Source: Eledone cirrhosa
Taxonomy: Eukaryota
Assembly (NCBI GenBank): GCA_964016885.1
Contig: OZ024742.1
Location: forward strand, 308,140,001 to 308,204,000
DNA length: 64,000 nt
Direction of reading: 5' to 3'
The notes beneath the pieces were generated by a model. It saw only the letters and a list, made by a program, of their open reading frames with translations, searched no databases and was not told the origin of the DNA. Positions 28,687 through 42,620 of the stretch are shown in pieces. Position numbers and translations under genes: made by a program. The stretch's first letter is position 1, and each line of letters begins with the position of its first letter.

Positions 28687-28863
28687 AACAGAAAAAAGGG
28701 TGTGGTAAGCTACTAGGTGAACCATAACGTACCAGAGTACTCGATACTTGAGGTAGTAGAGTGGGTCATATGATATGAAAAGATTCAAGACCCTGACGAC
28801 TGAGCTCCGGATCCAGCTGTCAAAATGGTCTGAGCTCAGCCGCCGGGGTCCTGAATCTTGTCA
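28687..28863. mobile_element. Diverged PLE family b micro-insertion
   Basis: gtgtggtaag...accataacg.acca.agtactc.atactt.aggtagtagagtggg plus terminal hairpin agattcaagaccc.../ggggtcctgaatct. Confidence 0.7.
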
Positions 28864-29753
28864 TATATATATGACAAAGAAATATATTTCAATATATCAT
28901 TTCTGGAATATTAATCAAGATTTAACTCGAAAGATTAAAAAGAAATAGTTTCAAGAAAATACTAAAGCTAGGATTTGTAAATATGTTTAGGACATGTATA
29001 AACATTAAACATTTCATATAACGATAATGATTTCTTAACAATGAGAAACTGAATTCACTGTTAAAACTGTTAAATGTAAGAACAGATGAACGCACTAACC
29101 ATCCCATTGATAACCTGCAACTTGAACATATTAATCGGGAAGTTAACTGACTTAAACATGTAGTCAAAACAAATTACAGCAACTTATTAACAGCATTCCG
29201 AAGACGCCACGTCACCTCTGTTATACAGACAATATACCCTCTCAACATAAAAAAGTGTGTAGTCTGATAGAAATCTAAAGCTACTAAAGAGCAACAACTG
29301 TGGAAGTGGAAAAATAATTGGAAGCCAACAGATGGAAAGTTATTAATGTAATACAGAAAGATCAGGAAAAGAAAGAAAATAAATTTACCATACATAAAGA
29401 AAATATAAAAATATAAACGAACCACATTGACAAAAAATAATTCGATATAAACAAATTAAAAAATATTATTAATAAAAAAAAAGTAAAAATGGAATTCTAA
29501 AATGTACAAAGGAAAGCTTTATAGAAATGCAACTATATGGCCAAAATTCAGCCCAAAATTTATAGAGTATATAAGCCAGAGTCAAAACCAACAAAGGTTA
29601 AATGCCCTGGGATAAAGGTAAACAGATGTCTGACTGTAGATGGCCAATGGCTAGCCCCAATTAAAATAGAAAATAACGAATCAAGTTGCCAACATTGACT
29701 GCAGAAAATGTAGCCAATGCAATGTGATACTTGACCTCATTATTTCACTGTAA

Positions 29754-30175
29754 AGGGCGGGGAATTGCAGTATCGGTAGAGGGTTGGACGCCATGCTTTC
29801 TAGCATAGTTACGTCCCTTTACAGTCTGAGTTCAAATCCCGTCGAGGCTAACTTTGCCTTTCATCCTTACGGGGTCGATAAAATAAAGTACCAGTAATGT
29901 ACTGGATAATTGCTGGCCTTGTGCCTAAACTAGAAACAATTATTTCACGTTGTACGGTGAATTGGCATAATCGGTAGTGCGTCGGACAAAAAGCTTTGCT
30001 GTATTTAGTTATGGCCCTTTACGCTCTGAGTTCAAATCCCGCAGAGGTTATATTTGCCTTTCATCCTTAAGGGGTCGATAAAATAAAGTGCCAGTAATAC
30101 ACAGGGATCGATTTAGTCGACATTCCATTTCCTTTTGAATTATTGGCCTTGTGCCACATCTAGAAATAATTATTT
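29754..30175 (+). mobile_element. Tandem pair of tRNA-derived SINEs (29754-29942, 29955-30175)
   Basis: Both have A/B-box-like motifs, the core and the ccttgtgcc...tagaaa end. The second has an extra atcgatttagtcgac segment (different subfamily). Confidence 0.85.
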
Positions 30176-30554
30176 CAGGTTGTACAATCTTTGCCAATTC
30201 ACAAGAAAATGCACACACTGTTGCATTAGCACCTATTTTCACTGGCTACACTTCTATGTGAAAATGGATGAGACCCAGTAAAATAAAGAATAACAATCAT
30301 GCAGCCCAAATATCCCTCCCAACAAAATATCAAACCTTATGTTATGTAACAGAAGAAACACTAAAAATAACACCTGAAACAACGCAACCAATTCTCACAA
30401 CAAATCGATTCTGATATAGCATACATATGCAATTCGATACACCCAAAGCACAACGCATTCCGCACACCAGATATTTGATGGACATTAAAGATGGAAAGAT
30501 TGAAAGATTGAAAGCATAAAATAAATGACTAAAAGAAGAATAAGGACGAAAATA

Positions 30555-30737
30555 ACAGTTTCTGATTTAGGCACAAGGCCAACAATATTGACCTCAGTAT
30601 ATTTCTGGTACTTTATTTTATCCACCCCGTAAGGATGAAAGGCAAAGCTAACTTCAGCAGGATTTGAAATCGGAACGTAAAGGGCCGTAACTCAATACTG
30701 CGAAGCATGGTGTCTGATGCTGTACTGATACTGCCCT
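30555..30737 (-). mobile_element. tRNA-derived SINE
   Basis: ggcacaaggcc...ggtactttattttatccaccccgtaaggatgaaaggcaaag...gatttgaa...gatactgcc. Confidence 0.8.
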
Positions 30738-30814
30738 ATAAGGACGATAATAATGAACATTTCTCATATGATGTTAGCACTATATGCTTTCTGGTCGGTG
30801 TCTAGTAATTATTA

Positions 30815-30955
30815 ATCCGGCCTCAGTACTTTATTTGTAATTTATATTTTTGACCTCAGAAAGTCGAAAACGTAACTTAGATCTCAGAACGTAAGGTGAC
30901 GCAGGAAAATATCGGAAAATTCTCCGACGCTTTCCTAGATCTGCCAATCCATCAC
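30815..30955 (-). mobile_element. Highly degenerate SINE
   Basis: cctcagtact...gacctcagaaag...ctcagaacgtaagg...ccgacgct...tctgccaatcc. Confidence 0.4.
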
Positions 30956-31896
30956 CATCGACTCAGTAATATTCTTAGATCACATAACATTTTCGAATTA
31001 TATCGTAGAGGATAGAAAGATGTTATTTAATCGTAAGAGTGATTGCTGTTAAACATGATGCCACGTGTAAACATTCCATTTATGATTAAACTCCAAGTTT
31101 ATTTAGACTTCATCGATCGGTTGTAGTCAAATATCAAAAGGATTAATTTTACCTTATATAATATCTAAGAGATTTATCGAATTTGCTGTACAGTAATGGA
31201 GCTTCATTTGGTACCGTGCAGATAAATATCTTCTCTAAATAAATCTAAAAGCCTTATGTAAGGATGTCAGAAAGGGTTAGTAAATATATTTTACAAAGTA
31301 ATCCATAGTTTGAGGAAATTGAATTCATTGAAGTCAGATCTCAAGCAGCTTTGCATCGAAATTGTATATGGGAAGCTAATACATTTATTAATGTCAGTCT
31401 GCAATTCGTACCTCTGAAATTGTCTAAGGTTCTCTAAAATATATCATGAATTTATATACGCTCCAAATCATTGATCGTGTCAAGAGATTAGCTATGATAG
31501 ATTTTTGTATGGTGCAGAATATTTTATCACTTACTCAGAGGTGAAACAGCAGTACCATTGACCTTTATCAGGAATTCTGCAAATTGTGGAAACAAAGTTA
31601 CCCTTAAATGGGTAATCTTGTGATATATTGTTCACCACTAAAGGCAAGCAGTGTTCGAGTGGGGAGAGGACTTAAAACAGACGACGAATTATGTCATAAC
31701 CCCCAATCAGTTCCCATATAAATCATCTCCACTCGGTCTGTAGGGCTTCATTGTTTACGACACATAGCAAATTTATCTCACGTGTCAACATAATCCATTT
31801 CTAAATAGCCATTCCTCTCTCTGTTTATACAGTGTGTGTCAACTGAAGCATGTCTGGTCTCAGCTAATAGTGTATATCATACCATATAATACCATA

Positions 31897-31964
<68 letters not shown>

Positions 31965-32214
31965 ATATATTTATATATATATATTCAAATATATATATAT
32001 ATATTCATTATTGTTAAGGCTTAAAAGGGTGACTTGTTACTCTGGAGTTTCGCCTGTTTATCTCAGTGATAAAAATGTGCAGCACCAAGCTTTTACTGAA
32101 ACACAAACGTTATATATATCCTGAGACAGCAGAAAGTTCCAGCCGGTAGCAAATGGTCCATAAAAATGCCTATAAACATCAAAGTATAATGTAAAATATA
32201 ATTTTTAAAAATAG

Positions 32215-32466
32215 GGAGCGTCTTATGCGAAGGGGTGTCCAATAGGCCGGCAAATACGGTATATGTATTCATAATTTAGCATTAAAAAAATATATATTAC
32301 CACGAAAAAATATATATTGCCACGAAAAAATATATATTGCCACGAAAAAAGCCATTAAAAAATCGCGGAAGATATTTACGATTCTGCGTATATGCTGTGG
32401 TTTCCATTACTTACGTTCTAAGAAAAAACCCCGCGAATAACCGGGATCGCGAATACCGTGGGTACA

Positions 32467-32469
<3 letters not shown>
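32215..32469. mobile_element. Possible pogo/Tigger-type DNA transposon termini plus a 20-bp tandem repeat (32284-32350)
   Basis: Reverse strands begin TA-CCGTATTTGCCGG (32261) and CAGTGTACCCACGGTATTCGCG (32469), resembling pogo/Tigger TIRs from memory. No partner TIR found. Confidence 0.3.
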
Positions 32470-32508
<39 letters not shown>

Positions 32509-32510
<2 letters not shown>

Positions 32511-32697
32511 CGAAGGAATTGTGGTAAGGAACCAGATGGACCATAACGCACCGAAGTACTCAATACTTAGGGTAGTAGAGTGGGTAATAGTAACACGTAT
32601 GACCCCGACGGCAGAGCTCAAGCCGTTTCGACGGCTATTTCTGGACTCAGAAATAGTCGTCGAAACGGCCTTGAGCTCTGCCGTCGGGGTCATACTT

Positions 32698-32700
<3 letters not shown>
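32509..32700. mobile_element. PLE family b palindromic micro-insertion
   Basis: Tail plus about 45-bp inverted arms (gtatgaccccgacggc.../...gccgtcggggtcatac); (TA)n both sides. Confidence 0.85.
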
Positions 32701-32747
<47 letters not shown>

Positions 32748-33344
32748 TTATATATATATATAATATACTGTTATCTAAGACAACATTATATATACCTGTT
32801 ACCGAAATGGTTATCGCTCGATCTATTTAGACTAGAGGACCCTTTAATCACCGATGAGCTGGTTATAAATTATAATAGCAATAACAATGATACGCCTATG
32901 TGCGTATGTACATATACAATGTATCCTCAATAGAGTCTGCAAATCTCTTAGATAGCAGAAGATCACAACTTTGGCAGTGATGGAGTCTAGCTTTGGCTTC
33001 TTGCCACAAAGACAGCATCTCGCGAGAGAATACTTCATTATAAGATATCAAAGAGGTTATACCACTGATAGACCCGCTTCTTCTTCCGGATTGAAATATA
33101 GAATTACACATATATAAATAGACAAAGCTAAGGTTCTGTTAGGTACATACTCTACAGTTTCTATTGTAACTTTGTGAAACAGGACACCTCCTACATAATA
33201 TAATATAACAATTGCTATCATTAAGATGGATACTGGACAAGTCTGACAAACGTGTATTTGTAAGATTTCAATTTCATCATTGTGTAGCGTTCAATTCATT
33301 GATAAGTTCAAGTGTTCGTAAGTAATACACCCATAGACATGCAT

Positions 33345-33403
<59 letters not shown>

Positions 33404-33418
33404 AACACACATACATAT

Positions 33419-33479
<61 letters not shown>

Positions 33480-34460
33480 CACACACACACACACATATAT
33501 ACATATTTATACAACAATTATGTGTGAGTGTGTGTGAATGTATGTTTTAAGTATAATTAAGTTGTCTCAGTCTTTATTGATTAACCGTAGAGATATTACT
33601 ATTCCGATACTAACCGTAACTAATGTGAAACTACTTCACTTTACTTGTTGAGTTCTTCTCACTCATTCGCATCATCCTCTGTTACCATCCATATTGTACC
33701 ACCTCTCAGTTCATGACCCCGCATTAACAACTTTGTCTTGCCCTTCCGCAAAGAGAGACGACCGTCAAGAATTACTCATAAGCCTACTGAACCTTTCCTG
33801 TAAACAATAATCTGACACTGACCAGGAGGTATATTGACCGCTATAATTGAGTTCGAACAGCATGCAAGTGTCTTACGAATAGAAAAATAGAATGGATTTG
33901 GAGGCTCGCAACACAAGTACCCTACATATATTCTTTAAACCGTTAGTTACCAAATTGTCTATTATTCCATTAATAGTTTTATTTGAATATCTGCACTAGT
34001 AAGTGGTAAAATAGACTGAAATGAGAGAGAATAACATTGCGATATATATATAGCTTAATGTGTTGTAACTTTTTGCTACTCTTGGTTCACTAACTTTGAC
34101 ACTCGATGCGTCTGTGCGTGTGTCCATTTCAGTCAATGTACATGGTGTTACATATTTCCCTTATAGTCAGTGTGTAATATGTAAAGTCAGTTCGTGATTA
34201 ATACCATAATACTATTGGTGACACCTATCTGAGCACACTATGCTTTTCCCCGAATGGAACATTCAATATAAAAATTTCGCATGACACTGACATCTCTTTG
34301 TGATTGGCATACAATATAGTATTTTTTTTAAACAAAAAACTTTCGAAGACGCAGTTTACCATATTCTGTAGGTAATCATGCGCAACAAGCTTTTCGCAAA
34401 AGACAAGATCTTGTATTCTTGAAGAAGCTTGCCGAGATCTCATGTTCAATCAGCCCTCAT

Positions 34461-34534
<74 letters not shown>

Positions 34535-34537
<3 letters not shown>

Positions 34538-34808
34538 GAGGTTATATTTAATTTGTTGGGATACAACAAGCAAAATATTTTTATAACTGATATAAAGCAC
34601 TCAACAAATTATTGGAGTAAATATACAATCCAGGAGATTCCAACCAGAATGGTTGCATTTTTTCAGGGTATGTCAATATTTATTCATAAAACTAATCTAT
34701 ATTATATTTTATCTGATGAAAGCGCACCATAGTTTGCCTTGGTGGCCCTAGAAATATGTATAATGAAATAAATATGCTTTTATAAATATAGTTTCCATTT
34801 GTTAATAT

Positions 34809-34812
<4 letters not shown>
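34535..34812. mobile_element. PLE-like two-ended insertion, family d
   Basis: Both ends recur, rearranged, at 58516-58759. CTGATGA...GAAA motif at 34713-34754. (TA)n both sides. Confidence 0.7.
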
Positions 34813-34869
<57 letters not shown>

Positions 34870-34870
<1 letters not shown>

Positions 34871-35070
34871 ACGAAGGAAGTGTGGTAAGGAACCAGGTGG
34901 ACCATAACGCACCAAAGTACTCAATACTTGAGGTAGTAGAGTGGGTAATAGGAACCAGTAAGACCCCGACAGCTGAGCTCAATCCGTTTCGACGGCTAAT
35001 TCTGGACTGAGTCCAGAATTAGCCGTCGAAACGGCTTGAGCTCAGCTGTCGGGGTCTTACTGGTTCCTAT
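34870..35070. mobile_element. PLE family b palindromic micro-insertion
   Basis: About 61-bp inverted arms centred near 35009, with one mismatch, plus an 80-bp tail; (TA)n both sides. Confidence 0.85.
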
Positions 35071-35071
35071 A

Positions 35072-35173
<102 letters not shown>

Positions 35174-35605
35174 CGTGTGCGTGTGTGTATGTATAAGTTT
35201 CTGTGGCTGTGTGTGTGCATACAGGCCGTTAATACTTCTGTGTTTGCTTCAGAGCCTCATGCTATCCGGCTGCGTGCCAATAGTCAATCTTAAAGAGAAA
35301 GTTCTATTAATTCAAATCTTTTAATACATTCTGGAAAATTCCCAGATATAGATAGAGTCAGTTACTTTTTTTTTAATTTCATGAAAAAGAGTTATTCCCA
35401 TCGGAAAATGTTGGACTTATGTATATCTGAAACACTTAAAACGAAATTAAATGAAATATTTGAGTGAAGGTTGTAAACAAGAAGCAACGTAAGAAATTAT
35501 TACTCGATATGCAATAAAAGTTAAATAACAAAAATAGAAATGGCAATGAACATATTAGGCAATGTAAGGGGAAAAACAGTGATAAGTATTGGTAAACAAG
35601 GATAT

Positions 35606-35675
<70 letters not shown>

Positions 35676-35679
<4 letters not shown>

Positions 35680-35714
35680 TAAAATAACAGATTAAAGTTT
35701 AACACTATTATTAT

Positions 35715-35719
<5 letters not shown>
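35676..35719. mobile_element. PLE family a ultra-short insertion (about 45 bp)
   Basis: ttattaaaataacagattaaagtttaa (left end of 58772) + cac + tattattattacta (right end, 61380), inside a long (TA)n. Confidence 0.8.
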
Positions 35720-35793
<74 letters not shown>

Positions 35794-35987
35794 TTTTTTC
35801 TCGCGAGTCAGTTCTTTCGTAACTACGGACCCCGCGGCTGAATTACCGGTCGCTATCTTCAATTTGCAAAGCCGCCCTTTAAACTGTATGTTATTACTCT
35901 GAGTTTTTATACCTTGTCGAGTGCTTGGCTGCACTGCTGACTGCATTCATCGGCTTAGCTGCGACACGAGCTCGAGTATGCTGTACT

Positions 35988-36041
<54 letters not shown>

Positions 36042-36377
36042 TGAATATATGAGAGGGATGAACATTCAATTGTATTACACGGCTCGGAAAGATCCCCCTC
36101 CTTGAGCTATTTAATTGTAGAAGACTATTTTGAGTTTCTATGATATATTTTACGTTACTTCAGTTTCAGCTGGAAATAATGTGTTAGCCTGTAATTCAAA
36201 GGAGCTGCTTCGCCACACACTGTCTCACGCTGGTTCTCCCTAAGAATTACGATAGGGTTACGCATCACTCTTGGACGATAGTCACTGCCATATTGAAATC
36301 ATGAGCAGGCTATTTTATTGACCATATAAATTTGGACACCCACGTCGGAATCAGCTGAGAGCCATCACATATAAATA

Positions 36378-37100
36378 TATTTCTTTATTTAGCCACAAGG
36401 GCGCACAAGAAAAGGGGACAATACAAAGACACATGCCGGCGATTTTACATAGAGTCGTGTAAAAATATTCAATCAAACAATTATAACAATCGAAATCCCC
36501 AATAGGAGGGAAGCGCCTCAAATGGGTTGTTTAATACCCCGTCGATAGAACAACCCTCAACTTCAGGAGCGTGTTGTGTAAGTGCTCCCTTCTTCCTTTT
36601 GCTCTCTTCTTTAACCTACAGGCTTATAAACAGAGAAAGCCCAATCACTCGGGTCACTTTCGCTTCATTCACCCACCTTTCAGTAAATTTACTGGGGTGC
36701 AGTGCCTCTCTCTCCACTCTGATTCTCCTTTCGACACCTTTACCGCCACGTCGTCGGCATAAGCCGATGCGGCCTTTCGCAGTCCCGGCTCTAAAGGGAT
36801 GCCCTGCAAATGGAGGAGAGAGGGCATCCCTGTCGAATGGAACGTGTGATTGCGAAGGGCTCCGATAGGTAGCCGTTCACCTTGACCCTCGAGGTGATAG
36901 TGGTGTGCATCGCCTTGATCCAGTCCCTGAAAACGGGACCGAAACCGGCCGCCTTGAGAACCGCTTCCAAGTATCGATGGTCGGCCCTATCGAATGCCTT
37001 AGACTGATCTAAATTGATCTGAACACCACCGAAGCCGGGTTTACACCCCCACCCTCTCTATGATGTATCGCATTAGGTGGAGGTTGTCGTGTATGGACCT
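36378..37100 (-). mobile_element. Tx1 LINE family C, 5'-truncated and internally deleted
   Basis: 3' UTR and ORF2 end (36378-36733) joined to the RT segment QTCAIPTRSIHDNLH...SAYADD (36734-37100); followed by a GATA tract. Confidence 0.85.
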
Positions 37101-37164
37101 GGTCGGGATTGCACACGTTTGATAGATAGATAGATAAATAGATCGATAGATAGTTAGGTAGATA

Positions 37165-38607
37165 GATTTCTTTATTTGCCACAAGGACGCACAAGAAAAG
37201 GCGACAATACAAAGACATGCCGGGGATTTTACATACAGTCGTGTAAAAAAATATAAAACAACCAATTAAAACAAACAATTACAACAATCGAAATCCCCAA
37301 TAGGTGGGAAGCGCCACAAATGGGTTGTTTAATACCCCGTCGATAGAACAACCCTCAACTCCAGGAGCGTGTTGTGCAAGTACTCCTTTCTTCCTTTTGC
37401 TCTGTTCTTTAAACTACCGGCTTATAAATAGAGAAAGCCCAATCACTCGGGCCATGTTCGCTTCATTCACCCACCTTTCAGTAAATTTACTGGGGTGCAG
37501 TGCCTATCTCTCCACTCTGATTCTCCTTCTAAAGTGATACTTTAAGAAGGGAATCAATTGTGGTCCGGAATGAAACGCATCTGTCCTCAGTCCTCTCAAT
37601 CTCGTCCATCATATAACTTCTTTCACCATAGCCACTGTACAGCGGAAAACCGCCTCTCTTTCGTTTTTGAAAGAGGCTGGCGGTTTGATACTTACTATGG
37701 ACTCGTCAGTCAACTGGATTTTTCCCATACGCGACAGCAGTTGTTCTGCATAGTTCCACAGGTCGCTTACGCCTGGGCAGTTTACAATTGCGTGCAGGAC
37801 TGTTTCAATGTCCTGCGCGCATCTTGGACACGTCCTTTTGGAAGTATCCCTGCCGGGGCGTCCGTGCCTGTAGATCTTGTCACGAACCGGTAAAGCTCCT
37901 CGGTAGCACTGCCAGGCCAAGGACCACTGGAAATTGTCCATAGGTTCCAGGCGGAAAGTCCTACCAAACAGACTGGTGAGCTCATCGTCTTCGACGCCCA
38001 GAGTCTCTCTGGGCACGTTGTCGCCCTTGTAACGTACAATCCCTTTATAGAATGTCGAAGTGGAGTCTCCACTGATTGCTGTGCCCGCTTGCCAGAGGAC
38101 TGTGAGCGCCTGAGCGCATTCAATGTGCCAGGCGCCCATCGTTTCGGTCTTTTCTTGACCCAGGACTGCAGCTCCGTCAGCGAGACGAGCTGTGGGAAAA
38201 CCTGTCTCACAAATGGTGCCCACACCGGTTGGGGGTCGGTGAGGAATACATGGAGATGCCGCAGCCTCAGCGCATCTTTGCGCACCATCAGCCACGGCTT
38301 TCCAAGCCCTCCGTTGGAAGGGTGCTGACAGCAGACGGATCTCCTCACCAGTGGAGCCTGCTCCTTCCACAGAAACTGGAAGAGCATGCGTTCCATCTTG
38401 GCGAGGTGTTCACGGGGACAAGGCACGACAGTCAAGTGGTATTAGATGACGGACGCTATGAAAGTGTTCGGCACCTCCGCTCGACCTTTCAAGGACAGTT
38501 TGCACTCTGCCCACTTCTGGGTGAGCGTAAACACCTTGGCCGTGACCTCGTTCCAGTTTTTCTCCACCTGGAGGTCTGGACCGAACCAGACCCCGAGCAA
38601 TTTCAGA
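37165..38607 (-). mobile_element. Tx1 LINE family C, 5'-truncated, frameshifted
   Basis: ORFs 37782-38435 and 37609-38370 are overlapping pieces of the ORF2 C-terminus; GATA tracts both sides. Confidence 0.9.
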
Positions 38608-38686
38608 TAGAAAGATAGATAAGTAGGTAGACAGGTAGATTGATAGATATATGCATAGTTAGGTAGATATATAGTTATAAATAGAT

Positions 38687-38728
<42 letters not shown>

Positions 38729-38732
<4 letters not shown>

Positions 38733-38739
38733 ATAGATT

Positions 38740-38779
<40 letters not shown>

Positions 38780-38780
38780 T

Positions 38781-38849
<69 letters not shown>

Positions 38850-38900
38850 TGATAGATAGATAGATAGATCGATAGATAGATCGATAGATAGATAGATAGA
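38729..38900. repeat. (GATA)n microsatellite between Tx1 copies
   Basis: Read directly. Confidence 0.95.
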
Positions 38901-41900
38901 TTTCTTTTATTTGCCACTAGGGCATCAAAAGTGGGACAAGTACAAAGGGGGGAGTTTACACAAAAAGGCGTCCTCAATAAGGAGGAGGCAATAACAAAAT
39001 ATAAAAATAAAATAAGATATAACAAAAAATAAAATTTTTAACAAAATCCTCAATAGAGAGGAGGCGCCTTGGGGGTTCGCACACACCCCCGAAAAAAGTG
39101 TGCAACCCTTCTCCTCGGGAGCACAGAGAAGGGGTGCTCCCTTGGTCTTTCATCTTCCTCACCTATAGTCTGATGTAGAGTGAAGGCCCATTCACACGGG
39201 CCATTCTCGCTACTTTCACCCATCTTTCATAGAAACGGCTGGGGTGCAGCACCTCTCTCTCCATCCTGATCCTTCTTCCGAAATGATATCGGAAGAAACG
39301 GACCAGTTGTTGGCCAGAGAGAAAGGTGCCTGACCTCAGTCCTTTCAGACGCGTCCACCATACAACCTCTTTCGCCATGGCTATTACGCACAGAAACACC
39401 GCCTCTGCTTCATCTTTGAAGGGGGGAGGCGGCTTGATCATTACAATAGACTCGGTGGTCAACCGGATCGGTCCCACCCTTGACAGCAGTTGTTCGACAT
39501 AGCCCCACAGATCGGCTACGCCCGAGCAGTGTACCAATGCGTGTGCAACGGTTTCCTCGTCGCACACGCATCTGGGACAGATCTTTTTGGCGGGGTCCCT
39601 ACCCGGGCGCCCGTGTCTGTAGAGCCTTTCTCGAACGGGTAAAGCCCCTCGGTAGCACTGCCAGGCCAGGGACTTCTGGAAGTTGTCCATAGGTCCCGGG
39701 CTGAATGTCCTACCGAACAGGCTGGCCAGTTCGTCCTCCTCCATGTCTAGGGCTTCTCCGAGGGCGTCGTCGCACCTGCTGCGTACCAGCCCTCTATAGA
39801 ATGTTGCGGTGGAGTCTCCACTGATAACCGGATCCGCCTGCCAGAGGGCGGTGAGCGCCTGGGCACACTCAGTGTGCCAGGCGCCCAGTTTTCTCGGTCT
39901 TTGCTTGACCCAGGATTGCAGCTCGGTGAGTGAGACGAGTCTGGGAAAGGTTCGTCTCACAAACGAGGCCCACACCGGTTGTCCGGTGAGGAATACGTAG
40001 AGGTGCCGTAGCCTTAATGCGTGTTTACGCATCATTAGCCACGGCATCCCCAGGCCGCCTTTCGAAGGGTGTTGACAGCAGATGGATCTCCTCACCATAG
40101 GAGCCCGCCTCTTCCAAAGGAATTGGAAGAGCGCGCGCTCCATCTTGGTGAGGGTTTCCCTTGGGCAGGGCACTACGGTCAGGCGGTAGTAGATGACGGA
40201 CGCTATGTAGGTGTTCGCCACTTCCGCCCGACCTTTCAGGGATAGTTTGCAACTGGCCCACTTCTGGGTCAGTGCAAACACCCTGTTCGTAACCTCCGCC
40301 CAGTTTTTCTCCACCTGGAGGTCCGGTCCGAACCAGACCCCGAGCAACTTCACCGGGCCCTCCGTCCAGCGTCCGACGACGCTATCGGAGGGCATCGGTC
40401 TGCCCCTCCACGTGCCGAGTTGCAAACCGATCGACTTGTCCCGGTTCAGCTTAGCCCCTGTGAACCTTTCGTACTCCTCCAGTAAGGTGCCGACCGCCTC
40501 GATTTCGGAGGCCGTCGACACCATTACTGTCACGTCATCGGCGTAGGCCGACACCGCTTTCCGCAATCCCGGTTCCAAGGGGATGCCCTGCAACAACTCC
40601 AACTTCCGCAGTAGTGGCTCGAGAGTCAACACATACAGAAGGGAGGAGAGAGGGCACCCTTGTCGGATGGACCGCGCGATTTGGAACGGCTCCGAGAGGT
40701 AGCCGTTCACCTTGACCCTAGAGCAGATGCGGCTGCTGTGCATAGCAGTGATCCAGCCCCTGAAAACGGGTCCGAAGCCTGCCGCTGCTAGCACCGCATC
40801 CAGGTAACCATGGTCGACCCTATCGAACGCCTTAGATTGATCCAAGTTGATCAGAGCCCCACCAAAGCCGGGTTCGTTCCCAACCCTCTCTATGATGTAT
40901 CGCATGAGGTGGAGGTTGTCATGGATGGACCTGGACGGGATAGCGCATGTCTGCGCATCTCCCACCAGGTTGCCCACGACAAGCGCCAACCTCTTTGCTA
41001 GCACCTTGGCCAAAATCTGTAACTCTGTATTTAGCAGTGTTATGGGCCTGAAGTTACTTATTTCGTCCCCCTTGTTCTCGTCCTTCCTCACTAGCGTGAC
41101 TACGCCCTTGGTCACAGTACAGGGAATTCTCCCGTTCTGTTGCCAGTTGCAGTAGACCGCCTCGAGGAGATCGGGGAACAAGTCCGGCATAGCTAGATAT
41201 AATTCGTAAGGAAGACCATCGAGACCCGGGGATTTGCGTTTGCCGCATTGGCTCAGCACGTCCTCTATCTCAGCGGCCGAAATCGGCTCCTCGCAGGACT
41301 TCGCCTCCCTGTCCGAGAGGCGCGGCAGGCCGTCGAGGTGTGGACCGAAGTCCACGTTCCCAACCGGCTCCCCGCCCCTCCCGAACAGTCGGGCAAAGTG
41401 CCTTTGAAAGGCCTCACACATCTGCTTAGGCTCAAGAATCGCCCGTCCATCCAGGTCTCGCAAAGACCGGATGGTGGATTTAGTTCCACTGTTGGCCTCT
41501 GTCACGCGGGCCCAGCTAACAGCTTTGGTCCCCTCGTTCCCTAGAGCACGTATTTTACTTCGGACAACGCAGCCTTCGTGCTTCGCGTCGAAAAACTGGC
41601 TCAAAGCCGTTCTCGACGCTAGCACTCTGGCCACGTCGCCGCTTCTAATTGCCTCTTCTACTCTATCTATTAGCTCCCTTTCCTTCCTATTCCTATCCGC
41701 AGCTAGAACCTTACTAAATTCTATCGAGACTACTCTAATCTCTCTCTTTAGAGATACCCACCACCTGCTGTTGACGATCGCTCCAGTCAACCGTTCCTTA
41801 ACTAACGTACTAATCCGATTCCTGTAGGCTCTACTTGCCGGCAAGGACAAGTTGAGCTTCCAGTAACCGGGGCCCTGTCTATGAGTTCTGTCAAGGTTGA

Positions 41901-42620
41901 CCATGCAGGTCACTAATTTGTGGTCTGAATAGCCAACCATGCGCATTTTTGGACAACTTAAAAAGTCCTTATCCTTAATTCTAACTAAGAACCTATCTAG
42001 GTACGACCTAGATGATCCGCTACGATTTGCCCAAGTCCAGGTTGTCGCAGTCGGAAAATCTAGTCGATATCTATCGGCCAGGTCAAATCGACCGATTAAC
42101 CCTTTGAGGCTATTACACCCCTCCCTATCGGGGCAGGCCCCTACGTAGTCCCAGCGTGCATCTAGGATACCATTCCAGTCCCCCACTAATAGCAAGGAGC
42201 GGGACGTCCCGAGAAAAGTCTCCAGACGATGGAAGAAGTCCGGCCGCATTGACCCGAAAGGGCCGTAGGCGGCTACCAACCTAAACGCTCCGCCTTTACC
42301 ACTGCCAAGGTCCAGAACCACTAGTCGACCCTCCGGGTCCAAATGTACCATCTGTGTTGCGAGACCCAGATGTTTTTGCAGCAGAACGACAACTCCACCC
42401 CCACCTCCGGGCTGACAGAGAGATGCGTGCATCTCAAAGTCATGAAAGGTGGGGGCCAGCTGTCGCACGTTGCTGATCCGGGCCTCGCAAATAACCATCA
42501 CATCTATACGTTGTGACCTGAGGTCATTTAGAAGCATTGCTTGCTTCCAAGTTGAGCCCAGGCCACGCGCATTTAAACAGCCTACTCTTAGCATAGCCAT
42601 GTTGGTGGTGAAGAGAAAAT

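Noticed and set aside
36180-36370. Faint resemblance to another octopus SINE 3' region
   Set aside because: Too degenerate and based on memory only; no second copy in the window.
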